The notes: generated by a model not told the origin, from the letters alone. Counted from the stretch's first letter, positions 26,311 through 36,368 are shown. The stretch is DNA of 64,000 bases from Opitutales bacterium (GCA_963665345.2 OY762281.2:1382563-1446562); one strand, 5' to 3'. Made by a program: numbers and translations.

Positions 26311-26808
26311 TCAGAAGTTCTTACCGTGGACCAGGGGAAGGGCGTCCACTGCCTGTCGGGCGTCGGGGGTGCCGCATTCACCGGAACTATGCAGGGTCCC
26401 GAAGACTACGCCGATCAGATTATCGCGAACGATCGGCTCGGGGTCCCGCACCCAGTTATTCTCTCCTTGAGCGATAACGCGGTCCGGTGCTACGGTAGTC
26501 ACCTTATGTCCGATCAACTGGCCTTCATGGTCACGGTAAATTGTGATCATGCCCTTTTGCAGATCCTCGAAATTAACTGACTGCACGAGCAGCAATGAAT
26601 TCACTCCGAAATAGGGCTCCATGGAATTGCCCGTGCAGCGCATGACCCGCCAGTTTGGATTCATCTCAGCGACCTCTTGGGCGTCGCTTAGTGCCTGATC
26701 AAGGGAGACGCCGGTTCGGGGTGTGCTTGCGCTGCAGAGATTGAGCATCAGGGTTATGGTGAAGAAAGTGAAGCAAGTGCTGCGGATTAGTAATGTGGTC
26801 TTCTGCAT
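26311..26808 (-). CDS. S26-family signal peptidase, SipW/archaeal-ER type (Ser/His)
   Basis: An N-terminal anchor is followed by GNSMEP (Ser box), IGHKV (His box) and AQGENNWVRDPEPI (GDxNxxD-like box). Confidence 0.65.
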   Translation of the reverse strand: MQKTTLLIRSTCFTFFTITLMLNLCSASTPRTGVSLDQALSDAQEVAEMNPNWRVMRCTGNSMEPYFGVNSLLLVQSVNFEDLQKGMITIYRDHEGQLIGHKVTTVAPDRVIAQGENNWVRDPEPIVRDNLIGVVFGTLHSSGECGTPDARQAVDALPLVHGKNF

Positions 26809-26939
26809 GATGCTTTAAAGAATACCACAGCCATCCCATAAGGCCTAAACCCTGAAGGCAAGCCTGAGGGATGGAGCGGGATAGCGGTTGATATTGGGAA
26901 AAAGTCAAAATGTAAAACAGGGGGGAAATGGTTGATATG

Positions 26940-28290
26940 GACGGATGCTGTCCCACAGAGCTAAGGGGAGAAACCGGGCAGGTAAGCCTGTTGAGGCTGG
27001 GAACACATTCGATATCGGGTTCGTGCTGTCCCATAGAAGTCCGCCAGATCGAAAAGCCCGAAGCGGTCCCAGAGCACGCCGCGCACGAGCGTAAACAACC
27101 GGGTGAAGCTGTGCGGCCACTGGCTGATAAAGGCAATGTATCGGAGCAGAACGAGCAGCAGCAGGGCGGCCCACAGCTGCCAACGGATGGCCTGCTTGGA
27201 ATGCCCGAGAAAATCGCAGACCTTGAAGGTTTGCTTGATCTGCTTGAAAAACACCTCGATGCCCCAGCGGCAGCGGTAGAGGGCGCAGACACTGGAAGGG
27301 GCCCAGTCCATGTTGTTGGTGAGGAAAACCATGACGACCCACTCGCCGTTGACTTCCACTTCGGCTTCGATCCGGCGCAACCTGCCGGGATACTGCTGGC
27401 GGGAGGCGGGAACCTTCAGGGTGACCTCGTCATCCCGCAGGATAGGTCCTTGAGGCTTGCGCAGGCGCTTGCGGCAAACATGGCAGCGCAGGTTGTCTTT
27501 GGCGCGCGTGACCCAGAATATGCCGCGTTCGCTCAAATGGAAAAGATTGGCAAAATGCACGTAAGCCTTGTCGAAAACCGCGATCTCTCCAGCCTGCAGC
27601 CCCGCGCACAGGGCCAGGGTCCGCGTGCCGTCGTGATGGGAAGCTTCTTCAATGACGGCAAAGCCGGGAAGAAAACTTTGCAGGTTGAGCCGCAGGTGCA
27701 TCTTCGCCGCGGCCTTGCGCCGACGGTGCTTGGCCCAGTCCATGCAGTTGGCCACCAGGGCAATGGTGGTGGAATCGATCGCATGGATCGCCCGTTTGAA
27801 GCGACGGGGCAGGCCTCGGTAGCGCCCGGCCGGTCCAAAGCCCGGCGAAAGCTCTTGCAGATGCCCCAGCACCTTCCAGAACAACGCCTCCATCATGTCG
27901 CTGTCGCGCTCCCTATTGGCATGCGAAAGAGTGTTTCGGCTCGGTGCAACCGCTCCCCTGATCGCCCTGAGCTTGGCCGCATGATGCCGCAGGGTGTCGC
28001 AGACGTCGTTAAGGCCGATGGCATGGGTCAGTTGCGCAAAGAGCAGACTGACCACATGACTCCATGGCGTGAAGGTGCGCGCCTTTTTATCGACCCCGTA
28101 CTCCCGGGCGAGTTTTTCCGTCAAATGCGACGGGATGAGTTTACAAAGCTGATGCAAGGTGCTGCTGTAGTGTTTCGTCGGCGTTATGTTTTTCATACTG
28201 CGGATTCTTTGGTCGGAATCCGCCGCCGACCACCTTTTTTTAACCCTGCCCGAAAGGGAGTCTCACCACATCCTGTGGGATGGCTGTGCT
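26940..28290 (-). mobile_element. IS4-family insertion sequence (boundaries approximate)
   Basis: Imperfect terminal inverted repeats sharing TCCCACAG....CGGGCAGG: left at about 26946 on the + strand, right at about 28280 as the reverse complement. Confidence 0.6.
26961..28196 (-). CDS. IS4-family DDE transposase
   Basis: DDE signature AIDSTTI / VFDKAY / YRCRWGIEVFFKQIK (canonical Y-x2-R-x3-E-x6-K), with a DUF4372-like N-terminus. Confidence 0.9.
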   Translation of the reverse strand: MKNITPTKHYSSTLHQLCKLIPSHLTEKLAREYGVDKKARTFTPWSHVVSLLFAQLTHAIGLNDVCDTLRHHAAKLRAIRGAVAPSRNTLSHANRERDSDMMEALFWKVLGHLQELSPGFGPAGRYRGLPRRFKRAIHAIDSTTIALVANCMDWAKHRRRKAAAKMHLRLNLQSFLPGFAVIEEASHHDGTRTLALCAGLQAGEIAVFDKAYVHFANLFHLSERGIFWVTRAKDNLRCHVCRKRLRKPQGPILRDDEVTLKVPASRQQYPGRLRRIEAEVEVNGEWVVMVFLTNNMDWAPSSVCALYRCRWGIEVFFKQIKQTFKVCDFLGHSKQAIRWQLWAALLLLVLLRYIAFISQWPHSFTRLFTLVRGVLWDRFGLFDLADFYGTARTRYRMCSQPQQAYLPGFSP

Positions 28291-28484
28291 GTGATTTCAC
28301 GAATTCTGCTTCGACGGGCACCATAGACGCGCAGCTAATGCTACCTATGCCGAGTAGGTGATTTCGCCTGGTGTGGTGGCCGAAGTCAGGACCGAGCGCC
28401 TGCTCGGTCACCCGGCCGTATCGGGATACTCGATGAGAGGCGCAGTGGTGCTTCACCCTGTAAGGGCAGCGCAATTCCGTTTGA

Positions 28485-28808
28485 ATCGCCGACCGGAAAC
28501 CTGCTCACAGCGAGTTTCAAGCGATTCTCAAATTTGCTGAATATCCGAACCTCACCATGAAGCTTCCCGGGTTAGGTGAAATCGCCCCCGTACCGATTGA
28601 CCGCTCCAGCGTCCCTCCACTTCTTGATATGGCCCTGGAAGTATTCGGACCCGAGCGACTGATGTGGGGCAGCGATTATCCCCCGGTTAGCTCACGCGAG
28701 GGATACCTGAATTTCCTCAGGCTGCCCCTGGAGCATTTCTCGAGTCTGAGCGAGGATGAACGTTCCTGGATCTTCGGGCGAACAGCCATGGGCGTATGGG
28801 GTCTCTAG
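28485..28808 (+). pseudogene. 3' fragment of an amidohydrolase-2 (PF04909-like) gene
   Basis: In frame: ..FAEYPNLTMKLPGLG...RLMWGSDYPPV...ERSWIFGRTAMGVWGL. Only about 105 C-terminal residues remain, and the fragment lies next to the IS4 right end. Confidence 0.65.
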
Positions 28809-28810
28809 CC

Positions 28811-30154
28811 CTACTCGTGTGGCTTGGCGTTCCAGGCAGCCAAGGCCAGGATCATGGACGCAATACAGGCGCCAACCCAGAAAATGAACACGTTTCCGAA
28901 GTCAAATGTGGGAACCCCATCGATGATCGTTTTGGTGTTTTCAATGAGTAGCCCGCTTACCCAATCCTGGGTAGCGGCGCCAATATAACTGAATAATCCG
29001 ATGATGCCTTTGACCGCACCGGCCGCGCGCTTCGGGAGAATATCTACCGCGATGAGCCCGGCCAGGAATACGACCAAGCCCCCAACGCCGAATCCGAATA
29101 TGCCTAAAGCCAGCGCATCCAGCCAGAAATTGCCGGGAGGAACAAGAAAGAGTAGAATGAGGGCGCCCGTCTGGAGAAAACCATAGAACAGCGTAGGGAG
29201 GTTGCGGCGAGATTTGAAAAATCGATCGGAGGTATATCCGGAGAGGACCGCACCGATAAATCCGAATAGGGGATAGGCAGCCATCACGGCTCCTGCTTCC
29301 ACGAGACCGTATGCCTTTGCTTCCTGCAGGTAAAATATAGCCCAGCTGTTAACGGCATAGCGGCCGGTGTACATGCATGCGCTGCTGAGTCCGAGCACCC
29401 AGACCAGCGGGTGTTTGAGGACTATCAGCTGGAGTGCGCCTACCGATTCGCCGGAGGCGCTGCCACCTGTGAAGTCGTTTCGATAAATCGATACTTGGGG
29501 AAGCCCATAAGTCTCTGGCCTGTCGGCCAATTTCAGATAGAGAACTAGAGCGATAAAGAAACAGGCGATGCCCGGCCCTATGAACCCCCATTCCCAACCA
29601 AGCGCACTGACGACCATAGCGGTTCCGAGAAAGGTAAGGCCCTCGCCAATATTGTGGGCGCCCGCCCAGATACCATAGCGGGTGCCTCGTTCCTCATGAC
29701 TGTACCACTGGCAGATCGAGACCACACTAGGCGCGGAGCCAATCGACTGGAACCAGCCGTTCAGACCCCAGAGAATGGCAAAAACGAAGAAAATCGAGGT
29801 CAGGCCGAAGAGCAGATTGGTGATCGCGGAGAGCAGAAGAGCAATGGACATAAAGCGCCTGATGTTCGCACGGTCAGAGAGGAACCCGTTGGTGCATTTC
29901 CCAAACGCGTAGACGTAGAAGAGCATGGCACCGATGAATCCCATCTCATCGACGCCAAGCACGCCGGCGTCCAGCATCGGCTTCTTCGCTACCGATAGAC
30001 TCAACCGGCAGGTATAGAAGAAGCCGTAGCCGATTGTGAGCCAGAGAAAGACATCGAAACGCTTCTTTTCGTATACCCGTTCGACCTCTTTGGGATCCTC
30101 GATAAGTGGAAGGTCGGGACCGGTCCTGAAAAATCGTAAGACTGCGTTAGCCAT
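28811..30154 (-). CDS. MFS transporter, organophosphate:Pi antiporter (UhpC/GlpT-like) family
   Basis: 12-TM MFS with N-terminal ..KRFDVFLWLTIGYGFFYTCRLSLSVAKKPML, typical of the OPA family. Start set at MANAVL (30154). Confidence 0.8.
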   Translation of the reverse strand: MANAVLRFFRTGPDLPLIEDPKEVERVYEKKRFDVFLWLTIGYGFFYTCRLSLSVAKKPMLDAGVLGVDEMGFIGAMLFYVYAFGKCTNGFLSDRANIRRFMSIALLLSAITNLLFGLTSIFFVFAILWGLNGWFQSIGSAPSVVSICQWYSHEERGTRYGIWAGAHNIGEGLTFLGTAMVVSALGWEWGFIGPGIACFFIALVLYLKLADRPETYGLPQVSIYRNDFTGGSASGESVGALQLIVLKHPLVWVLGLSSACMYTGRYAVNSWAIFYLQEAKAYGLVEAGAVMAAYPLFGFIGAVLSGYTSDRFFKSRRNLPTLFYGFLQTGALILLFLVPPGNFWLDALALGIFGFGVGGLVVFLAGLIAVDILPKRAAGAVKGIIGLFSYIGAATQDWVSGLLIENTKTIIDGVPTFDFGNVFIFWVGACIASMILALAAWNAKPHE

Positions 30155-30356
30155 AGCAATGTCCTGGCGAATCTCGCGGCAGATGGATCGTCGGTAAAGG
30201 AAATCCTTTCTGCGGCCTGATATCTGGCTGCTGCTGCGAGGGTAGGCTCGGTTCTCGATGGAACATACCGTTTCGAGTCGTGTTCCTTGTTTTGACAGGG
30301 ACGGAGGAGTCATCTTATCTGCCTTAAATGCTGCGGATTCAAATCACGCCCAACCC

Positions 30357-33254
30357 ATGACCATGCTGAGAAAAGTCATCTGTCTGTTTGGCTTCGGATT
30401 CTTGACGTCCACTTTTCTGGCCCCACTTCCTGCAAAGACGATCTCCAGCAGCGATGGACCTTGGAGCGGGTCCTGGGCGTTTGAACGTAGCCAGTTGGAT
30501 GCGGATTCAAGGGTAACCTGGAGCCGAATGGATAATGGTTTGCGGTATGCCCTGCTCCCGCATAAGGGGGTTCCGGAGCGCGTCAGCCTGCGACTTCTGG
30601 TGCTCGTCGGTTCTGTGGAGGAGACTGTAGAGGAACTCGGCATCGCTCATTTTATCGAGCATATGGCTTTCAACGGGACGCGAAATTTCCCTGCCGATGA
30701 AATGAGCCAATTCTTTCTGGAACTGGGCATGGAATATGGCCACGACGTGAACGCCCAGACGGCATTCGATCACACTGTTTACGGCCTCGAATTTTGGGAG
30801 AACAGCGAGCCCCTGCTACGACGAGGTCTGACTTTGTTCAGGGATATGGCGGATGGCATCAGTTTTCAGACTGAGGAAATCAATAAGGAGAGAAACGTTA
30901 TCCTGAGCGAAATGCGGAGCCGTGATGGACTTGGGTTGCGGACACAATGGTCCGCTTTCCAGCTTTTTTTTAAGGGTCTTTCCTTCACCAATCGTCTACC
31001 CATTGGCACCACGGAATCGCTGAACGGTCTGACTCGGGACCACTTTCTCAAATTCTATAAGCGCTGGTATCGCCCTGACCTGATGGTGGTTGTTGCGATA
31101 GGTGACTTCGATGCCGGGCGCATGGGGACAATGATCGAGGAGCAATTCGGCTCGATCACGTACCCCACGAGACCGTTACCCCAGCGGAATGTTGGAGCAA
31201 TGGCGCGATCGTTGCGGCTTCGGGCTTCAACCTACCGGATTTCTCATGTGGGTTCAGCGCAGATTCAGGTTGCCTCAGTCGTCCCGCCTGCCCAGCGTCC
31301 GGTAGCCGATTCGATCGAGGCACGGCGCCAGGATTTTTACCGGCAGTTTGCCATGAGCCTGCTTCTGCAGAGGATGAGAGGAACCATACCGGCGGCGGGA
31401 GACGGGTCAGCCGAATTCTCCCATTACTTCAACCATGGTGCTGCGATTGCTTCAATTTCGATCGACGGACGTGGCTGGGAGGACGGCGTCGTTTCCCTCG
31501 ATCGCGTAATCCGATTTACCGAGAGGGAGGGGTTTGAGGCCCATGAAATCGAAAAATTGCGCCAGAGTGAACTCGTTAGGACACGTAAGATGTCCATCTA
31601 CTATCCGAAGCTTGACCCGACTCCGATCGCAGATGGGCTCATTCAGTCGATCCTAGAGGACAGGGTATTCATCGGTTTGGACCGGGAACTCGCGCTCCAT
31701 GCGCAGATCCTCGGGAATATCGATGTGAAGCGTATCCACCGCACATTCGCCGAAATGTGGGATCTCGATAGACTCGCATTCCATCTATCAGGTGAATTCG
31801 ACATAGAGGACGACCCGCCGCGTAAGATCCGGGAGGCGGTGGCGAAGGCCCGGCAAGGCCGAGCCAGCATCTACTTGCCCCAGAACGAAGCTGGTCTGGA
31901 CTATGAACCGGTAACCTGGCTGGTTGAGGGAAAAGTGGTGGAAGAGCGCGTGGAGGCCGATTTCGGCGTTCATCTTCTTCGTTTCGACAATGAGGTCAGG
32001 ATGAATTTTATCGAAACACAGAGTGAACCGGGCTTGATGTCCGCGCTGGTCAGGGTTGGCGGCGGTTTGTTTGACTTGAAGCGCTCGCTGCCAGGTCTCC
32101 GGGAGTTCGCTTTGCAGGCTGTTCTAGGTAGTGGAACCAAACGCCATGCGGCGGACCAGATACAGCGTATCTTGGCCACCGAGATGATTGACTTCTCCTT
32201 TGATACCAATGACCACGACGCCTTCAGTTTTAGGGGAGCCTTCGGACCTGAGAGGTTGGAGGCGTTTCTGGGAATTGTATCGGAATACTTGAGCGGACCG
32301 GAAATCTATAAATACAGCTATCGCGACGCCAAAATGGGTGCGGCCATGCACCGGTATCAATCGGCCGTGGGAATGCAGGATGGATATCGCGCCTTCACTA
32401 CCTTCATGTTCGAAGGCGATGACCGGTTTGCCTGGGGGACACGCCAGGATTACAGTGGACTCGGCGTGACCGACGTGAGAGAGTGGCTGGAAGAACCTTT
32501 GGCGCGGGGCTTTGTCGAAGTCAGCATCGTCGGTGACGTCGGAAAGGAGGCGGCAGTGAGCGCCGTGGCCCGTACGCTGGGCACCTTAAAAAAGCGACGC
32601 TCGGAAAAGCGGAACCCCTTTCCTCAGCGGTCGGTTGAGGTGTCGGCAAGTCCCGGATTCCACCGTATTGAGTTTGTCGGTGAAGAACATCAGGCAGCGG
32701 TCGTAGGGATCTGGGAGATTGAGGGCGAACTGAGTTTCAACGACCGCATGGCCCTTGAGGCCTTAGGGCGAATCTTGGAAGCGCGAATGCGCAAACGCCT
32801 CCGTGAGGACTTGGGACTCACCTACAGTCCCTCGGCCGACTTCTCACCTTTTCTGGAATACCCCGATTTTGCTACGATTCGAGCTAATGTTGATTGTAGT
32901 CCCGACGATGCCACCAATCTCGCCCATGCAATACTGGAGATATCGGAGGAGATTGCCGAACAGGGTATCCGGGATAAGGAAGTTAAGGGTGCTCTCGGTC
33001 CCATTAAAGTGAAGGTGCGGCAGGCCCTCCGCTCAAATGATTACCTCCTACACAGTATTTTGATGCGTGCTCAGGAGCGACCGGCCAATTTCGAAGAGGC
33101 CCGTGCCCTGCAGGAAGGGATCTTGTCGACCCTGACGGTGGAGGAAGTCAATGGCTGGGCGCGTAAAATCATGGTCCCTGAAAATACGCGCGTGGCGGCT
33201 ATCGTACCCCGGGCATTTATCGGTATCTTTCAGACGGGACCTCAAGGACTCTAA
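30357..33254 (+). CDS. M16-family (pitrilysin/insulinase-like) zinc peptidase, double-length
   Basis: HFIEHMAFNGT contains the inverted zinc motif HxxEH. A signal peptide is present. Start set at MTMLRKV (30357). Confidence 0.88.
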   Translation: MTMLRKVICLFGFGFLTSTFLAPLPAKTISSSDGPWSGSWAFERSQLDADSRVTWSRMDNGLRYALLPHKGVPERVSLRLLVLVGSVEETVEELGIAHFIEHMAFNGTRNFPADEMSQFFLELGMEYGHDVNAQTAFDHTVYGLEFWENSEPLLRRGLTLFRDMADGISFQTEEINKERNVILSEMRSRDGLGLRTQWSAFQLFFKGLSFTNRLPIGTTESLNGLTRDHFLKFYKRWYRPDLMVVVAIGDFDAGRMGTMIEEQFGSITYPTRPLPQRNVGAMARSLRLRASTYRISHVGSAQIQVASVVPPAQRPVADSIEARRQDFYRQFAMSLLLQRMRGTIPAAGDGSAEFSHYFNHGAAIASISIDGRGWEDGVVSLDRVIRFTEREGFEAHEIEKLRQSELVRTRKMSIYYPKLDPTPIADGLIQSILEDRVFIGLDRELALHAQILGNIDVKRIHRTFAEMWDLDRLAFHLSGEFDIEDDPPRKIREAVAKARQGRASIYLPQNEAGLDYEPVTWLVEGKVVEERVEADFGVHLLRFDNEVRMNFIETQSEPGLMSALVRVGGGLFDLKRSLPGLREFALQAVLGSGTKRHAADQIQRILATEMIDFSFDTNDHDAFSFRGAFGPERLEAFLGIVSEYLSGPEIYKYSYRDAKMGAAMHRYQSAVGMQDGYRAFTTFMFEGDDRFAWGTRQDYSGLGVTDVREWLEEPLARGFVEVSIVGDVGKEAAVSAVARTLGTLKKRRSEKRNPFPQRSVEVSASPGFHRIEFVGEEHQAAVVGIWEIEGELSFNDRMALEALGRILEARMRKRLREDLGLTYSPSADFSPFLEYPDFATIRANVDCSPDDATNLAHAILEISEEIAEQGIRDKEVKGALGPIKVKVRQALRSNDYLLHSILMRAQERPANFEEARALQEGILSTLTVEEVNGWARKIMVPENTRVAAIVPRAFIGIFQTGPQGL

Positions 33255-33489
33255 GTACTCGAATTCGTAAATACAGTGTTTCAACTAAATTCGGGACATC
33301 GCCGCGCCCCACGCACCGTGGTGGTAGTAGAAGGCTGCTGCCAGCGCGCCCCGATCATCAGCTTTTGAACTGTGTGAATTGCGGATGGGGGCCGGATCTC
33401 GCCAGGGCCTGGACTGCTGCGCCGTCGGTCGCTGCTCCTGCCAGAGGGCTTGTCATTTAGAGTCTCATTCTGTGGAATGTTTATTAGTC

Positions 33490-34647
33490 ATGCTTAAGGA
33501 TCGATTTTCGGACCAACATGCGATCCCACCGTTTCTGAATCTGGACGCCTGCCATTCAACACCGGTGGTTGTCGAAGCCATCGAGGCATTCCGGTTTTCC
33601 GGGAGCTATCTTGTCAGAGCTCGGAGTAGTGACGGTGCGGTGAGTGTTGCCACATGCAACGTACGTTCGCGATTTTTCCTGCCCATGTTGAAGGGTCTGG
33701 TAATACCGGCCTTCCTGGGAAGGGATGTCCGCGAACTGGAGACGCTCGTCAACGAGGTCTACATCTACGAGAATAACTATAAGTACCAGGGAACCCCGTT
33801 TTGGAATTGCGTCGCCTACGTCGAAGCCGCCTTGTTTGACCTCCTGGGCCGCATCTCAGGGCGCTCAGTGGGTGTGCTTCTGGGGGGTCCCTGGCGTGAT
33901 AGGATTCCTGTATACCTGTCTAGTATGCGTCGAGATACTACCGCGGATGAGGAGGTCGACTGGATTAATGCGCGAGTCAGGGAAACGGAGGCGACAGCCG
34001 TAAAAATGAAGATCGGCGGACGCATGCGGAACAATGCTGATTCGTTGCCTGGACGAACGGAGCAACTCATTGCCCGGGCACGAGAGACATTCGGGGCTGA
34101 AGCCACGCTCTACGTCGACGGTAACGGCTCTTACGATCGACACGAGGCGGTAAGGATAGGTCGGATCCTGGAGCAGTACCAGTACTCATTTTTTGAGGAG
34201 CCGTGTCCCTTTGAACAGTACGAGGAAACGAGGGCCGTTACTGAGGCTCTTGAAATGGACGTGGCTGGGGGAGAGCAAGACTGTAACCTGGGTCACATGA
34301 AGGTTATGATTCGCGATGGCTACGTCAACGTCATCCAACCGGATATGATGTACAATGGCGGCATCATTCGAGCGCTGCGCGTTGCTCGCATGGCGGCTGA
34401 GGCGGGTATACCGGTAACTCCCCACAGTCCGAAGCACAATCCGGAACTTGCTACCCTGATTCATTTCGCATCAGTTGTGCGAAATACGGGTCCCTATCTG
34501 GAGTACCCGGCCCTGCCCGTAACCTTCGATTCGTGGTATTCGCCCGCGTTTGAAATCGAAAGGGGCGGCTATATTCGAGTGCCTGATGGACCCGGACTCG
34601 GGGTCGAGTATGACGGCGCAATCTGGGAACGGGCCGAACTGTGTTGA
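33490..34647 (+). CDS. enolase-superfamily enzyme (mandelate racemase/muconate lactonizing family)
   Basis: LYVDGNGSY, FFEEPCPFEQYE and VAGGEQD are the metal-ligand motifs of MR/MLE dehydratases. Start set at MLKDRF (33490). Confidence 0.85.
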   Translation: MLKDRFSDQHAIPPFLNLDACHSTPVVVEAIEAFRFSGSYLVRARSSDGAVSVATCNVRSRFFLPMLKGLVIPAFLGRDVRELETLVNEVYIYENNYKYQGTPFWNCVAYVEAALFDLLGRISGRSVGVLLGGPWRDRIPVYLSSMRRDTTADEEVDWINARVRETEATAVKMKIGGRMRNNADSLPGRTEQLIARARETFGAEATLYVDGNGSYDRHEAVRIGRILEQYQYSFFEEPCPFEQYEETRAVTEALEMDVAGGEQDCNLGHMKVMIRDGYVNVIQPDMMYNGGIIRALRVARMAAEAGIPVTPHSPKHNPELATLIHFASVVRNTGPYLEYPALPVTFDSWYSPAFEIERGGYIRVPDGPGLGVEYDGAIWERAELC

Positions 34648-34698
34648 AGGCAGAACGCATCGATCGAACATGCGATGAGAAGGGCTTGATTTCGTTTG

Positions 34699-35478
34699 TC
34701 AGGCGGAGCCGGCATCCCCCTGATTGGCATGGTGCCAGGCGACCACGCTTCGGTAGGGAATCGTTCCGCCAAAAACGTCCAATGAACTTCCGATCGTGAC
34801 GTCGACTCGATCTGAGCCCAAGTCTTTAACGGCATCGAGATCGGAAAGGGATCGAACCCCGCCTGCGTAGGTCACCGAAATCGGAGAGTGCCTGCCCAGC
34901 AGGCGGATCAGGTCGGATTGGACCCCTTTCATTTTTCCCTCCACATCGACACCGTGAACGAGGAACTCGGCGCAGTGTTGGGCGAGCCGCTCCAGAGTTA
35001 CCGGGTTCACGCTTAAATCCGTAAACTTCTGCCAGCGGTCAGTTACGATCCAGAAGGCCCCATCCCTTTTTCGGCAGCTCAGATCCAGCACCAGGCGATC
35101 TTTGCCGACTGCGGCGACGAGAGATTTGAGGTTTGTCAGATTAAGCCGGCCATCAGAAAATACGTAGGAGGTAACTATAACACGACTGGCGCCGCCATCC
35201 AGGTAGTCTTTGGCATTATCGGGCGTTATCCCGCCGCCATAGTGAAAGCCCCCCGGGAATGCGCTCAATGCCCTCATTACGGCGCCCCGATTCCCGGGGC
35301 CGAGTGAAATTACATGGCCTCCCCAGAGGCCGTCCTGGCGGTACATTCGGGCGTAATCGGCTGGTGAACGCTCGGTTTCGAAATTCGTTCGAAGTTCCGC
35401 TTCGTCATCTCGAAGCGAACCGCCGACGATCTGAACGACGCGACCATTCCGTAAATCTATGCACGGCCGAAATCGCAT
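34699..35478 (-). CDS. HisA-type (His6/eukaryote-like) ProFAR isomerase family protein
   Basis: MRFRPCIDLRNGRVVQIVGG start, with GGH..SLGPG and VTYAGGV phosphate-binding motifs of the HisA/HisF barrel. Confidence 0.8.
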   Translation of the reverse strand: MRFRPCIDLRNGRVVQIVGGSLRDDEAELRTNFETERSPADYARMYRQDGLWGGHVISLGPGNRGAVMRALSAFPGGFHYGGGITPDNAKDYLDGGASRVIVTSYVFSDGRLNLTNLKSLVAAVGKDRLVLDLSCRKRDGAFWIVTDRWQKFTDLSVNPVTLERLAQHCAEFLVHGVDVEGKMKGVQSDLIRLLGRHSPISVTYAGGVRSLSDLDAVKDLGSDRVDVTIGSSLDVFGGTIPYRSVVAWHHANQGDAGSA

Positions 35479-35614
35479 CTTACTGGACCACTTTTCTGCC
35501 TCTATAGACCATCTGCGCCAATTCCGGCGTCCTGCTTGCGTCCTCTGATTCCTTCAAGGTAGACGCTTTCGTGCTACAGTCCTTCAAGTTTAAGTGTAGT
35601 GCCATCAACCATAA

Positions 35615-35686
35615 AGTAGAAGCGGCGTCCCGCCGCCTTCCGTGGGCCCAAAGCGGGCATCACAAAGCGGCGAGATGCCGCTTCTA
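35615..35686. repeat. REPIN-like doublet: two GTAG-headed hairpins in inverted orientation
   Basis: GTAGAAGCGGCGTCCCGCCGCCTT (35615 onwards, + strand) and GTAGAAGCGGCATCTCGCCGCTTT (reverse complement, ending at 35686), separated by about 23 nt. Confidence 0.65.
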
Positions 35687-35731
35687 CCTTAGCTTCGCTG
35701 CTTCCGGATAAGGTTTCAAGATCACATTCAA

Positions 35732-36368
35732 ATGGATTGCACGAGCGTGGACAACAGCGAGAGCTCCACTTGGTCGTATCGCCGCCAAGCAGGCCTCACT
35801 CGGGATGGAACCTATGATCTCCTTCCCCATTTTGTGATCGATCCCGTGAACTGGGAACCGGACGTAGGGATATGGAGACCGAGTCCGTCCCTCGGAGCCA
35901 ATCCAGGTATCGGCGTCAACCATACCGGCACGACCGTTACCTTTACCTTAAACGCCAGTACCTTCTTCTGGCCTCAGGATACGATCTGGTTGCACCCCAA
36001 TCCGAACGAACTCATTGTCGTGAGCTGGTTGAGCGCGATTTCCTCTCTGGTTGATATTGAGTTCGAAGTTTCGGACATGGACGCCACCGGAGGACGCGCT
36101 GATGACGGCGTCGCGTGGTTCGTTGACCTTTTCGCGAGGTGGATCGAGTGGCCTCCTAAAAATCCTTGATCAGCCGGTGAGTTTGGGCGACCGGGTCAAT
36201 TTTGTGGTAGCTCCACCAACTTCGAATCACAGCTTTGACTCCACTCAGTTGACCGCCTCGATCACGGCCGTTCCCGAGCCGGTCGCGGCGTCCTTGTGGG
36301 GATTGTGGGCGCTTGCCTTCGCGCTGGTGGCGAAGCGTCGAAGGGCCTGGCACAGGCAAGTCAGATGA
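35732..36368 (+). pseudogene. PEP-CTERM-anchored protein, frameshifted and lacking a signal peptide
   Basis: The C-terminus ITAVPEPVAASLWGLWALAFALVAKRRR is a PEP-CTERM sorting signal. The body is split between two frames around 36130-36160 (..GVAWFVDLF / SRGGSSGLLKILDQPVSLGDRVNFVV..). No N-terminal signal sequence. Confidence 0.6.

Noticed and set aside
26928-28361. 477-aa ORF on the + strand
   Set aside because: It is entirely antisense to the well-supported IS4 transposase gene, is Arg/Gly/Pro/Ala-rich, and has no recognisable domain. It is a shadow ORF typical of GC-rich DNA. The same reasoning applies to 18018..18653, 44183..44917, 15821..16471, 55887..56519, 53372..54091, 62439..62942 and 63562..63927.
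30154-30357. Apparent overlap of the divergent MFS (to 30313) and M16 peptidase (from 30258) ORFs
   Set aside because: Both are maximal-ORF artefacts. Family-typical N-termini start at 30154 (MANAVL) and 30357 (MTMLRKV, signal peptide), which leaves a normal 200-bp divergent promoter region.
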